Of a stretch of DNA of 64,000 nucleotides, positions 1 through 12,859 are shown in pieces (within the stretch, counting starts at the first letter, position 1; every line of letters starts with the position of its first letter). Location: NCBI RefSeq assembly GCF_006345805.1, contig NC_042997.1, forward strand, positions 160,146,001-160,210,000. Reading direction: 5' to 3'. The notes under the pieces are model-generated. The model was not told the origin of the DNA and ran no database searches. It saw only the letters and a list, made by a program, of their open reading frames with translations. Both the position numbers and the translations under genes were made by a program. This stretch comes from Octopus sinensis. Taxonomy: Eukaryota.

Positions 1-26
1 TCTGTAGGCGCATATAGACACAACGT

Positions 27-205
27 GATCAATGGTTTCGATTTGTTGCTTTCATCAATAGTTTTATGTTGTTGCTTTGAGAAATGGATTCACTTTGTTG
101 TTTTGATCAATGGCCTCATTTTGTTTTTTGATCAATGGTTTCACTATGTTTTTTCGATAACTGGATTTATTTTGTTGCCTTGATCAATGGTTTCATTTTG
201 TTGTG

Positions 206-207
<2 letters not shown>
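27..207. repeat. 26-bp minisatellite, 7 diverged copies
   Basis: Units of consensus GATCAATGGTTTCATTTTGTTGYTTT start at 27, 53, 79, 105, 130, 156 and 182. Confidence 0.8.
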
Positions 208-265
<58 letters not shown>

Positions 266-268
<3 letters not shown>

Positions 269-749
269 TATTTTTATTTTTATAACGTGCTTTCATTTCA
301 CTACCGAGCGCAGCTCAATGTGCCTTGGGTATGTGCAATGGTTTGCTGTGATGCTCTTATGGTTAATGTATTGAAAGTGTTTGGCGTAGGATGTGTGCAG
401 TGCCCAGTAGTGCAATGTTCTGTACGTTATATATATTTGTATGTCCTGGTGTTTTTGTTATGTATTTGTCTGAATATTTTTTTATCGTACCTAATGCGCC
501 CACTATGATAGGAATTGTTTCTGTTTTTAGATTTCACATTCGAGTTACTTCTATTTCCAGATTTTTGCATTTTGAAAGTTTCTCCCTTTCTTTTAGAGAA
601 ACGTTGTAATCTACTGATATTGGTACATCAATTAGAAAGCATTTTTTCCTTCATGATCTCTGACATCTATATCTGGCCTATTGGCCTTAATTTCTCTAAC
701 TGTGTGTATTGGCATATCCCAGAGTATGGTTGCTTTCTCGTTTGCTGTG
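266..749 (-). mobile_element. 3' end of an RLE-type non-LTR retrotransposon (R4/Dong-like), decayed
   Basis: Minus-strand translation gives ATILWDMPIHTVREIKANRPDI (restriction-like endonuclease region) and IPIIVGALGTIKKY...IALLGTAHILRQTLS*. It is followed by an (AAT)n tail at 207-265. Confidence 0.8.
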
Positions 750-821
<72 letters not shown>

Positions 822-889
822 GCTGCTGCTACTACTACTACTACCACTACTACTACTACTACCAATACTACCACTACTACTACTACTAC

Positions 890-935
<46 letters not shown>
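750..935. repeat. Compound (TAC)n/(TTA)n microsatellite
   Basis: Direct reading; source of the low-complexity ORFs 515..1069, 632..874 and 681..962. Confidence 0.95.
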
Positions 936-2030
936 GACGTCGTACAGTATACAATATCATGAGGCTGTTGATTGAAGATATTTTATCTACCAGGGGTTTC
1001 TACTGCTTGTCAAGTCACAACAAATACCCAAGACAGACAGTACTTTACGCAATATGCGTGCAATTCTAAGTAATGTCGAATTTAATCTCCGGTTGTGTCT
1101 TTCTCCGGATGAGTGCACTTTAGCGGACTACAGCAACAGTCCTATGTTGATGGCAATCATAAGGTTCCTTGAGTTAAGGTTTGATTTCAAGAGAAGTTTC
1201 AGGCGCTTGAAATATGCAGTGATGACTTTGTCTTTGATTTCCCTGTGCAAGATACTGTCCAGCGCCACGCTCCCAAGGTACTTCTACCCATCATCATCCG
1301 GGTCTTCCATTCTCTTTCCGTTTGGTAATTCTATGCCCCTACAATTTAATCATTTACCCCGCTTCAAAGTAAGCACTGCACATTTCGAGATACCGAATTC
1401 CATGCCTATATCGTTGCTGCACATCTGTGTAGTCTCAATCAGCCTCTCAATTTCAGGCTCTGTTTTTGCGAACAATTTTAAATCATCCGTGAAGTGAAGG
1501 TGGTTGAGACGAGGTGCGTTCTTGCTCAGGTCAGTCATAGTGCACGTTGATTTTACATAGGACTACAGAAAATGGGATCATGGCTATAACAAATAACTGA
1601 GGTGAACAAGAGTGTTCTTGGAAGATATCTCTTTTGATTGTTACCGCGGCTAAGTGCTGGTGGTTACAGGAAAGACGCGTTTACCAACTAGGCATGCTGT
1701 TTTTAATAAGCACACAAACGTTCTCAACTATTCCACACATATCGAGTGTTTACAAAATCTATGAATGCATCAACATGTCGTAGGCCATTTTGAAGTCTAT
1801 CCAGGCCATACACAAGTATTTTTTTGTACCTTTTACACTTCTTCATTATAACCTTGCCTATCAGAAGGTGGTCCTTGGTGCCTTTGGATCCTTTTCGGCA
1901 TCCCTCTTCTTTTACTGACAGAAGATTGTTTTCAGCAAGGAACGTATATATTCTTCTTGTGCGGGTACTTGTTAATACTTTCCATAGGAGATTTTTCTCC
2001 TCCTCTTCCTCCTCCTCCTCCTCCTCCCCC
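936..2030 (-). mobile_element. RLE-type (R4/Dong-like) LINE, reverse transcriptase fragments, pseudogenised
   Basis: RLNHLHFTDDLKLFAK (RT catalytic motif region), IGMEFGISKCAVL and GCRKGSKGTKDHLLIGK; stops and frameshifts present. Confidence 0.8.
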
Positions 2031-2084
2031 ATCTTCTTATCTTTATTATTATTATTATTATTATTATGATTATTATTTTCATAT

Positions 2085-2540
2085 ACACTCAACAGATTTG
2101 ACTGTTGGAAAAGAATCCTAATGTCGGGCTACAAAAAGTAACCTTAGATTCCAAGAACCTTCCTTAGGATCCTAGATGTCCCTTATAACAATGTTTTCTT
2201 GAACTGTACTAACCTGAATTTTAAGCTTGTTTCCTTTATCCATCCTTTCAGATCCTTAGTAATAGTTCCCAGTGTACCTATAACCACTGTGATACATTTT
2301 ACCCCCACTTTCCATAGTCTCTGTAATTCGATAGCTAGGGCCTGGTACTTTGCTATTTCTTCTATACTTTTCATATTAATGTTTTCATCATTTGGTACTG
2401 TAACGTCAAGTATCTGGCACATTCTATTCCCTTTAACTATTACCAATTCAGGCATTCTAGCTTCTATTATTTTGTCAGTCTCAATGTAAATCGACCTCAT
2501 CAGCAAAGATGTCTTTTCATTACAGTAGTTCCAGTTCAAT
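2085..2540 (-). mobile_element. RLE-type LINE C-terminal endonuclease fragment
   Basis: ORF 2183..2587: PELVIV...ILDVTVPNDENINMKSIEEIAKYQALAIELQRLW...VVIGTLGTI, a PD-(D/E)xK-like RLE signature. Confidence 0.8.
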
Positions 2541-2667
2541 ATAAATCTAGCTAGATAGTAATATTTTGAGAAGACAAACAAAAACAAAAAAGGAAGAAGG
2601 GAATATTTTTAACTAACTTTCTTTGCCTCATGGCAAAGCACACTTATCATTATAGTAGTTCCAGTTC

Positions 2668-3320
2668 ATGATGGGTATACTGAGCTTTGTATATTTTACC
2701 CCAGTGTCACTTTGATGGCATGCACTGCTCTCTCACTCAATACTACTACTATTACTACTACTAATAATAATAATAAACGCCCTGATGCAGTACCAGACAG
2801 TGGCTCTCATGGCTCCTGATCCTAACTGATTGGAAGTGTCATCATGTACTTTGTTTTGCCTTGGGCTACAGCAAATATTCTGCTCACTACCAAAGATTTG
2901 CTTGTAAGTTTTTTTACCTTAACCAGTTGACCATGTCCCTTACTGGAAGATGATATGTGCATCGCTGATCACAAGCAGAAGTAGTGGGGGAGCATCATCA
3001 CCGTGTGTTGAAAGGAATTCTTAGAGGTTTGGATAATTCACCTTTGGAAACATGGGTGGTTCGTTCAACATCCTTAAACAATCCTTATTCAGGGACCTTT
3101 TGAGCGGGATGGCCTACTCGACCTGAAGAAAATTCTAATTGGGCCCCGCCTGCAAGGTCATGCGCTGTTTATCTTCATATGAGATCACCATGTCGCGCAC
3201 ATATGGTTGTGATGCATGTGCCTGGTGTACCCTTATCAAACTGGTAATCATGATGGGTATATTGGGCTTCGTATATTTTACATCAGTGACACTTTGATGG
3301 CATGCACTGCTCTCTCACTC

Positions 3321-3325
<5 letters not shown>
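2668..3325 (+). mobile_element. Two stacked 5'-truncated copies of a retroposon 3' UTR, each ending in a TAC/AAT microsatellite tail
   Basis: CATGATGGGTATA...CACTTTGATGGCATGCACTGCTCTCTCACTCAATA occurs at ~2668-2742 and ~3249-3325, each followed directly by (TAC/AAT)n. Assignment to the RLE LINE is inference. Confidence 0.6.
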
Positions 3326-3370
<45 letters not shown>

Positions 3371-3384
3371 TAATAACAATAATA

Positions 3385-3420
<36 letters not shown>

Positions 3421-3796
3421 AAGAAGAAGAAGAAGAAGAAGAAGAAGAAGACGACGAAGAAGGAGAAGAAGAAGAAGAAGAAGAAGAAGAAGAAGAAGAG
3501 AAGAAGAAGAAGAAGAAGAAGAAGAAGAAGAAGAAGACGACGAAGAAGGAGAAGAAGAAGAAGAAGAAGAAGAATGAGAAGAAGAAGGAGAAGAAGAAGA
3601 AGAAGAAGAAGAAGAAGAAAAGAAGAAGAAGAAAAAGAAGAAGAAAAAGAAGAAGAAGAAAAAGAAGAAGAAGAAGAAGAAGAAAAAAAGAAGAAGAAGA
3701 AGAAGAAAAAGAAGAAGAAGAAGAAGAAAGAAGAAGAAGAAGAAGAAGAGAAGAAGAAGAAGAAGAAGAAGAAAGAAGAAGAAGAAGAAGAAGAAG
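3321..3796. repeat. Compound (AAT)n-(AGT)n-(AGA)n microsatellite
   Basis: Direct reading; explains the poly-N/V/E/K/R ORFs. Confidence 0.95.
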
Positions 3797-4200
3797 GCTT
3801 GAGAATCAAATTGTGCAGCTCAAAAGAGTTTTTGGATGGATAAATGCAACGACAAAAAGGAGAGGTTGAAGGAAAGTCTCAGGAACGGACGGCGAAGAAT
3901 CAGCAAAAGTCATAAGGAACAGCAAACAGTTAGAGAACGAGAACAAAGAAACCAAAGCAGGGAAAGAGAAAAAATTATAGATGCCAACAGAGAACACATT
4001 AGTGACAGAAGAATAGGCTCTTCAAGAACAATGGAAGTACATTCTATAAACAACTGAACAAAGGAAAAGTATATCAGGGAAACGATATGCCAGATGCTTC
4101 AACAGCAAGAAAATTCTGGGCAGAAATCTGACTGTTAAGGGATTTCAAAGAGAAATGGAAGGTGGAAGGGCACAAGGAAATATAACTATCACGGATAAGA
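3797..4200 (+). mobile_element. RLE-type LINE N-terminal/internal fragment
   Basis: LENQIVQLKRVFGWI and FKNNGSTFYKQLN resemble the pre-RT region of R4/Dong-like ORFs; decayed. Confidence 0.55.
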
Positions 4201-4213
4201 GACTAAAGGGTAT

Positions 4214-7200
4214 AATCCTTAAATCCTTAAAAATGTTTTAGCCCGAAGGCCGCGGCCATGCTGGGGCACCACCGCTGAATGAGCTACACTAGTTTGTGAA
4301 TCCACCTCTGATACGTGGCACTTGATCAACAAGGGAGTTCGATGCTGCTGCCCGCATCCGCGTCTCCTGTCGTGAGGTAGGTTCATCTGGGACTCCCAAC
4401 AAGAAGAGATCCAGTTTAGTTTTAAAGAAACCCACATCCACACCATGTAAGTCTCTCAGGCATTTAGGGAGGATGTTAAAGAGCTGTGGTCCTCTGAAAC
4501 CCAAGCTGTTGCAGTATCTGGACCTGTATTTTGATGGTGACGTTGGAATCCTTGGCACCACGCAGCGGCGCCCCGTTCTGCGGTTGGAGTAACTTTGGAT
4601 GACAAGACCCTCCAGGATTTTCCAGATGTATATCACTGCATATCTCTCCCTCCTCCGCTCTAGGGAGAAGAGGCTTAATACCTTCAGTCTTTCCCAGTAG
4701 CTGATATTTTGCATTGAGACGATTTTCTTTGTGTAGCTTCTCTGAATTGCTTCGAGTTCTGCTGTTTGTTTTATATTGTGTGGTGACCAAAGTTGGTAGC
4801 AGTAGTCCAAGCGGCTGAGGACGAATGTTTTCCATAGGACCATCAGTGTCTCCTTCTCTCTTGTTCTGAAAGTTCGGAGAATCCATCCAGCTAGCCGTCT
4901 GCATTTTATCACCAGATTAGCAATATGCATTTGGAAAGATGCATCATTGCTCATGTCAATGCCCAGGTCACGCACTGATTTTGACTCAGGGATTGCAATT
5001 CTTCCTAGGCCAGTGTATTCAGTCTTCACGTCATTTACCTTTGTGTGCCAATAGCGCAGGGCCTGGAACTTACCTGCATTAAACTGCATGTTGTTGTCCT
5101 CAGCCCAACTGTATATTGTGTCCAGCTCATATTGCAGATGCGCAATATTTTCAGGGTTTTGTATTTCGTGGGAGACTTTTGTGTCATCTGCATAGCTAGC
5201 AAGGGTGGTCATCGTAGCAACTTAAGGCATGTCTGAAAGGGCCACTATGAACATCAGTGGCCCCAAGACAGTGCCCTGTGGGACACCGCTTGTTATTTGC
5301 GTTTCCTTGGAGGTGGCTCCATTGCTCACAACTGCCTGTTTTCTGTCTTTTAGGAAGTTGTGCAGCCACTCTCCAAGTTTCCCGCCTATGCCGAGACCAC
5401 GCAGTTTGTGACAGATCATACCATGGTCGACTTTATCAAAGGCTTTTGCAAAGTCGAGATATATTACATCCACATTTGAGCCATTTAGTAGCTGTTTCAA
5501 CACCCAGTCATAGTGTTGCAGGAGCTGTGTTAGGCAGCCTTTACCTGGTCGAAATCCATGCTGGGTGTCAGACAGCAAGTCATTTTCTTCAAGGAACATG
5601 ATTAATTTCTTACGGACTATTCGTTCCATGACTTTGCTGATGTGTGAGGTCAGAGAGATAGGCCTATAATTTTTAGCATCTGCTCTGCTACCTCCCTTAT
5701 GGATAGGGCATATTACCCCCTCTTTCAATTTGACTGGGAGCTTACCACTTGCAAGAAAGCTCTGAAAAAGAAGCTGTAGCGGTTTTGCAAGGGCTCGTTT
5801 GCACGATTTGAGAAGGATCGCTGGGAATCCATCAGGTCCAGCAGCTGAGTTTGTGTCAATCTCATCAATGGCTAGTGTGATATCATCATCTTCGATGTTG
5901 ATGTACTCAATTTTTGTCTCTTTGGCCGCAGGTAAAGTGGCAAAGAATTCTTCTGGGTTGTTTACTTGCCTGTGTCCTAGAGGTGTAGTGAACACACTTT
6001 GGAACTGTTCGTTCAGTATTTCACTTATCCTCGTGGGATTTCCTGTGAGAGAGACATCTTTTTGGAAGAGAGGTCCTATTCTCTGGTGCACTGTGGCTGT
6101 CTCTTTGGCAAACTTAAAGAAAGCTTTAGGGTTTGATTTTATATTTTCTATTACCCAAGCTTCTTTATCTGCTCTCTCCTTTTCATGGGACTGATGTAGA
6201 CTTTTCTCAGTTTCCATTAGCATTCTTTCGAGCCGAGACTTCTCACCACTTTTGGTGTGCTTGCTCAGGCGGTTTGCAATCCTTGTCTGTCGTCTCATAA
6301 GAATCATCCTTTCTCTAGGGATCCTGTTTTTGTTCTTGTGTGTGCTGGCCCTGCACACTGGGACATATTTGTCACATATGGCTTGTATTATGGACATGAA
6401 GTGTTTGTGTTTCATGTTTATGTCCGGTGTGGAGAGACATTCAGGCCAATCCTGTTTGAGGATCTCTTTCTCAATCAACTTCCAGTTGGCTTTATGAAAG
6501 TTTAAGTTGGAGAGATGGTGGGTGCTTCGTATAGGCTTGTGTGTCTGTGGGGGCTTTTGTTCCATACATAGACAGCTCTATTATGTTGTGATCCGAGATC
6601 ATTGTCGGCATCACATTAACATTATGGATAATATCCATATTGTTTGTGAAGCAGAGATCCAGTATATTATCTGCCCTTGTTGGTTGCAGAACTATTTGCT
6701 CCATGAAAGAGGCATTTGTGAGATGGAGCAGGGACTCCACCTGTGCCTACTGATGGTGTGTCATCCCTGGGAGCATCTGCCCCCCAGGACATTCCACATT
6801 GGGGAGGTTAAAGTCACCCATGAAGAAAACACTGTTGTGCTGTTAAATGTTGGTGAGGACTTCTCCTATTTTTGTTAGGCAGTCTTCAAACATGCCTGAG
6901 TGTTTTGGGGCATCTGGTGGGCGATATGTAGTGCATATGACGATATTCAGTTGTCTTATGTGTACAATTTGAGTTTCACATACTGAGTTTGAATATGACA
7001 GCAGGACCTGGGGCGTGAGGTCATCTCGGATGTACATTGCAACTCCCCCATGGCTCCTCCCTTTTCTATCTGTGCGTATGACTGCATATTGCGGCATGTG
7101 TATTTCTGCATCACCTATATCGGGTTCAAGATGCGTTTCTGTGAGTGCCATGCATATAGCTTGATTGCATGTCACAAGGTCTCTCAGGAATGAAATTTTC

Positions 7201-7325
7201 TTTTTACAGTTTCCGCGCAGCAGCCCTCCTACATTCAGTAGAATGTTGAAGAAAATACCAAACTGAAAACATCCGGGACAGATGGTGTCCGTTGTTTCTG
7301 GTTTAAAATTTTCCAAGTATAACAC
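4214..7325 (-). mobile_element. CR1/L2-group LINE, near-complete ORF2 (APE + RT + C-terminal domain), inactivated; family 1 copy 1
   Basis: APE: ALTETHL, YRPPD, MGDFNLP, LDLCFTN, SDHNII. RT: [47 protein letters not shown]-terminal SLERRRER. In-frame stops and frameshifts. 3' tail with hairpin and tandem TTTAAGGA. Confidence 0.92.
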
Positions 7326-7595
7326 CTATATACGACCATATTTTATTCATTACATAAAAAATGTAACACCAGCATGGATGACAAAAGGAAGAAGAGTATT
7401 GATCTAGAATGACTATAAAAAGAGAGGGAAAGTCAGCAATTATTGACCTATTATTTGCTTACCACTATTCAAGAAAGGAACATTAAGCGGCTTCACACCA
7501 GATGCATATAATTAAAGGTGGATCTATTGTCAGAGAAGCAAAGAGAATGTAGAAAGGAATCAAGTTTAGCTGTTGATCTACTATTTATACATACA

Positions 7596-7626
<31 letters not shown>

Positions 7627-7737
7627 CTTTACATATATGTACACACATACACTACACTACACACACACACATATATATATATGAATAGATAAAGAATACA
7701 AAAAACGGACAAGAAAAAACGGGTGTTTCGGAATTTT

Positions 7738-8728
<991 letters not shown>

Positions 8729-8789
8729 TCGATAGATAGATATATAGTATTGGTAGAATAATAAAATACGAGTGAGAATAGGGATTTAG

Positions 8790-10200
8790 ATGTTGCATGG
8801 ATAAATTACAAGTAGGCTTAGAATATTATCCCGCACAGCTGGCTCTTGGAATGTCAGAGGTCACTTGGATAAACAACTTTTTGGAAAAAGCAATGCGAGT
8901 GTGGGAGGTAGAACTGACATATCCAAATGAATCGCAAAGATATGTGAAAATACGTAGGGTCATTTTCCATGAAGACTCATTCTCTTCTTTACTCTTCCTC
9001 ATTATGTTAATTTCACTGAAAGTATACTCAGCAAATTCAGTCCCGCTTACGAAAACTAAGATGAAAATAAACCACTTTAAATGGATGATCTCTAGCTATA
9101 TACAGAAAAGTAGTAAAACCTGGATTTTTTTACCCAAACAGTAAATATAATGGAATGCAGTTTGCTATAGATAAATGCTCGGTGCTAATTGCTACCAGAA
9201 ATGCTCATTAAATCACTGTGGAATAATGAGATACATAAATAACTAAGAATACTGTAAGACGATAGGGTGATGGAAGGATAAATGAGAAAGTCCCGAAAGA
9301 GTAAAAGATGAGAATTAGGAAAAAAGTACCCATGTAATTTCAAATTTCTTGAAGCATGTGTCATTGAGGAATACGAATTTTTAATTACATCACTCTAATG
9401 GAGTACTATCTGCAGCTAATATGAACGTCAACTGTGTTACTTTCAATGGTGACTCACTCACCTCTAAATTTGTGCAAGAATTTGCTATTGATCTAATACA
9501 TGATGCCCAGGTTGAACGACCTGGGGAGATGTGTGGCAACTCTTGTTACAAAAGAAGTGAGATTAGTTGCCAAAAAAAAGCATGAGCAGTAGGCTGATAG
9601 ATGGGAGCAGAAACCACTCCATGACAAATATGCGACACATAGCAAACAAGCAGCTGTTGAAAAGAAGCTAACCATTAGTGGCTACGGAGCTCAGGGCTAA
9701 AAGCAGAGAGCAAGGCTTCCTCTCAGCTACTCAAGATCAAAACATATTGGCCCGGTACTACAGACCCAATGCAATGTAAAATGGAGTAGATCCAAAATGC
9801 TGATTCTGCAATGATGTGATTGAAACAGTTGACCACCTAAGCTCTGGATGTAGTCTCAGCACCAGTAGAGTATAAATCAGGAAATGACAGAATTAGTCGA
9901 TATCTACATTGGTTGATATGTCGGCATAATAAAATCAAAACTGCTGACAAGTGGTATAATCACCACCCTGAAGTTGTAACTGAAGTAAAAAAAAATGTAA
10001 CGATTCTTAGGGACTTTCCATTATATACAGACCGAACCATCATACCTAATAAAGCGGATATTATAGAAGAAAAAAACAATGATGTCTGTTTATTGATCGA
10101 CATGAGTATTCCCTATGATAATAATATCTCGGAAAAAGAATTCGCCAAGCTCAGAAAATATAAAGGTTTGCTCATTGAAATTGAAAATATGGTATTTCAA
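8790..10200 (+). mobile_element. RLE-type LINE remnant (RT, zinc-knuckle region, endonuclease)
   Basis: RRVIFHEDSFSSLLFLI (GIFQGDSLSPLLF-like), LHWLICRHNKI...HHPEVV, TILRDFPLYTDRTIIPNKADII...LLIDMSIPYDNNISEKEFAKLRKYKGL. Confidence 0.8.
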
Positions 10201-10877
10201 GGCGGTTACCTTCGAACGACTTTTCCAAAAATGTTGATATTCAGACCTTGTTGCCACACTGCTTTTAATAAGAAGCAAGTATTATTTTAGAGAGAGAGAG
10301 AAATTGGTCATATAAACATTATGTAATAATATGATATTAGGGATAATTATGAATAGCGTTCAATCTATAGATTATTCTTCTTTTATTTAATTTTTTTTTT
10401 AAATCACGTTATTTCGGGGAGCCCTAGCATTTTCCCAAATCGCCATACTGGGAGAGACATTGATTTAAACCAGTCATTCGCACAATACAGACCGAAAGGT
10501 AGCCCCTATGTGGCTGGTAGACATCTTAGAAATAACAACTAAATCGCTTTCAATCAAACATCCTGCTGCCTTAGGAAAAAATGATGATGTTAGGTAGGCA
10601 GAGATACATCACAGATTTAAGATAAGATGACACGACTACCTATTAAATGATTTTAAGAATAATTATTTCAGGACATGCGTAATGTGATCCAAAAATGAAC
10701 CTTTACGTCGTTGCTTGACCGATAAGAAATAGTAGCAGTTAAATTTCTCTTGGTCGTCCGATATCATCTTCAATAAGACACAGATAAAAAGGCACAGATG
10801 TAAGACGCCTTTCCTACATGGGTTGAAAGAAAATTAATATTATGCATAACACACACAAAGTATAGAAAACTACTCAC

Positions 10878-11226
10878 GGGCTTGTAGTATGGTGTAAATA
10901 CTGTTTGCAGGAATGTCGATGAATGATGAGGCACCAGGTAGTTGCTTGATTTTACGCAGGATACATACTTTGTCGGAAGCGCTGTAAATAATCATACCAC
11001 ATTCGGAATATGTCGTACAAAGAGACAAACACTCAATTCGTGATCGAATGTTTGACATCTTAATCAACTTGTCAGCTTCTGGAATGGCAGTTACAGGTGG
11101 TGGAACACGAATTCCATAATATTCCGTACAGGCTACATTACTGCCCAAGCATACTAATAGCACTGAGAATGTAATTACAAGAAGATTTCCTCTTCGAATG
11201 TCGTGACTAACTGGGAAGTAAGTCAT
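10878..11226 (-). CDS. First coding exon of a secreted protein: signal peptide + PAN/apple-like domain; partial gene, downstream exons not found in the window
   Basis: ATG at 11226; hydrophobic LLVITFSVLLVCLG; CLSLCTTYSECGMIIYSASDKVCIL (C-x3-C-x5-C-x11-C PAN core). Exon of 349 nt (116 codons + 1) ends GCC C|GTGAGT, a consensus phase-1 donor; the ORF stop lies just inside the intron. Confidence 0.8.
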
Positions 11227-11457
11227 ATTTCGTTATTATATTGTGATGAATAGCACTTCAGACAGTTTCAGAATAAGGAAATAACTATAACTTCTCGCAC
11301 AGAATAGATTTCTTGTCTCCTTTATTTCGTATTGAATTATCTTCTCGTTTTCGATTCTCGCTTTCTGTTTTTTTTTTTAATTGAAGTGAAAATGTTTCCA
11401 CAAATAAATCGAAAGGCAGGCGTGACGCTCTGAATAACTACTTCTGAACGCTCTGCA

Positions 11458-11576
<119 letters not shown>

Positions 11577-11877
11577 TGTATGTATGTATGTGTGTGTGAG
11601 TGTGTGAGTGTGTGTGTGTGTGTGAAAGAGAGTTTTGTGACTATGTGCGCGCGTCCGTGCGTGTGCGTACGTGTCTGTGTATGTGTATGTGGTGTATGTA
11701 CGAGTGTATACGTGTGTATGCATGCGTAGGCGTGTATACGTACCCACAACTTTGTACCAGCAGTATAGAGCGGTTGTAACAGATGGATTATCTTTCGTTC
11801 TTTAAACACAAATACATATAAAATCATACTTATTTATACACACTTAAATTATATATATATATATCATTAAACATTCT

Positions 11878-12831
11878 GGCGCAGGAGTGGCTGTGTGGTA
11901 ATTATTGAGTTGTCCGGAAAGTTCATTAAAGGAAAGAAAAAAGTCAATAAATACTTGCCATCACATTTTTAATCAACCAAATATGAACCATTTTGTTGCA
12001 CAATGCGTTTCCATCGTTCCTTTAACTTGAAAATACCCTCTTCCCAGAATTGAGGGGGGTTCATGGCAAAGAATTCGTCAATGTATCTTTTTACGTCATC
12101 CAAGGAATTGAAATTTTTACCATTAAGACTATTCTGCAGAGACCTGAATAAGTGGAAATCCGAAGGAGCAATATCCGGTGAATATGGAGGGTAGGGTAAC
12201 ACATCCCAGCTGAACAATTTTTGTTTGGTTCCCAAAACATCAACTGCCGAAAATGAACTTTCTTATCTTCCATTTTAGAGGGCTACAATATTAACACAGG
12301 TTATAGGAACATAAACCTTCTTCCACTAAAAGATAAATTAAGCTATGCTCCAAATGGAGGTGTAGTCAAATCCTATTTTATGGATTCAACCATGTTCTAA
12401 AATAAGTCGAAATATAAGCTACTATAAATCGGCACGAACTTTCCGGACAACCCAATAGCTTGCTTAGCAACCACAAGGTTCCGGGCTCATTCCTACTGCG
12501 TGGCACATGGGCAAGTGTCTTCTACTGTATCCTCGGGCCGATCAAAGCCTTGTGAGTGGATTTGGTAGATGGAAACTGAAAGAAACCCGTTGTATATATA
12601 TGTATATATATAGTATATTTGTATATGTTTGCGTGTCTGTGTTTGTTCATCCAACATCGCTTGACAACCGATCGCGTTGTGTTTACGTCCCCCATAACTT
12701 AGCGGTTCGGCAAAAAGACACTGATGGAATAAGTACTAGGCTTCTAAAGAATAAGTCCTGAGGTCGATTTGCTCGGCTAAAGGCGGTGCTCCAGAATGGC
12801 CACTGTCAAATGACTGAAACATGTAAAAGAG
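11878..12831 (+). mobile_element. tRNA-derived SINE split by a mariner insertion
   Basis: Head GGCGCAGGAGTGGCTGTGTGGT at 11878 resumes at 12458 (GCTTGCTTAGCAACCAC...B-box-like GGGCTCATTCC). Tail GGCGGTGCTCCAGAATGGCCAC...GACTGAAAC...AAAAGA. Confidence 0.85.
11905..12455 (-). mobile_element. Internally deleted mariner (551 bp) with both TIRs
   Basis: TIRs TTGAGTTGTCCGGAAAGTTC / GAACTTTCCGGACAACCCAA; TA duplication at 11903-11904 and 12456-12457; transposase C-terminus WDVLPYPPYSPDIAPSDFHLFRSL (YSPDxAPxD motif). Confidence 0.93.
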
Positions 12832-12859
12832 TATATATATATACATATAGGGTTAAGTC

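Noticed and set aside
9453-9500. GAG|GTGAGT donor as the next exon of the PAN gene
   Set aside because: The phase-1 reading after the nearest AG hits a stop immediately, and it lies within a LINE remnant.
11878-12510. tRNA-like A/B boxes as tRNA genes (also 17400 and 25850)
   Set aside because: They are SINE heads followed by SINE bodies; no complete cloverleaf.
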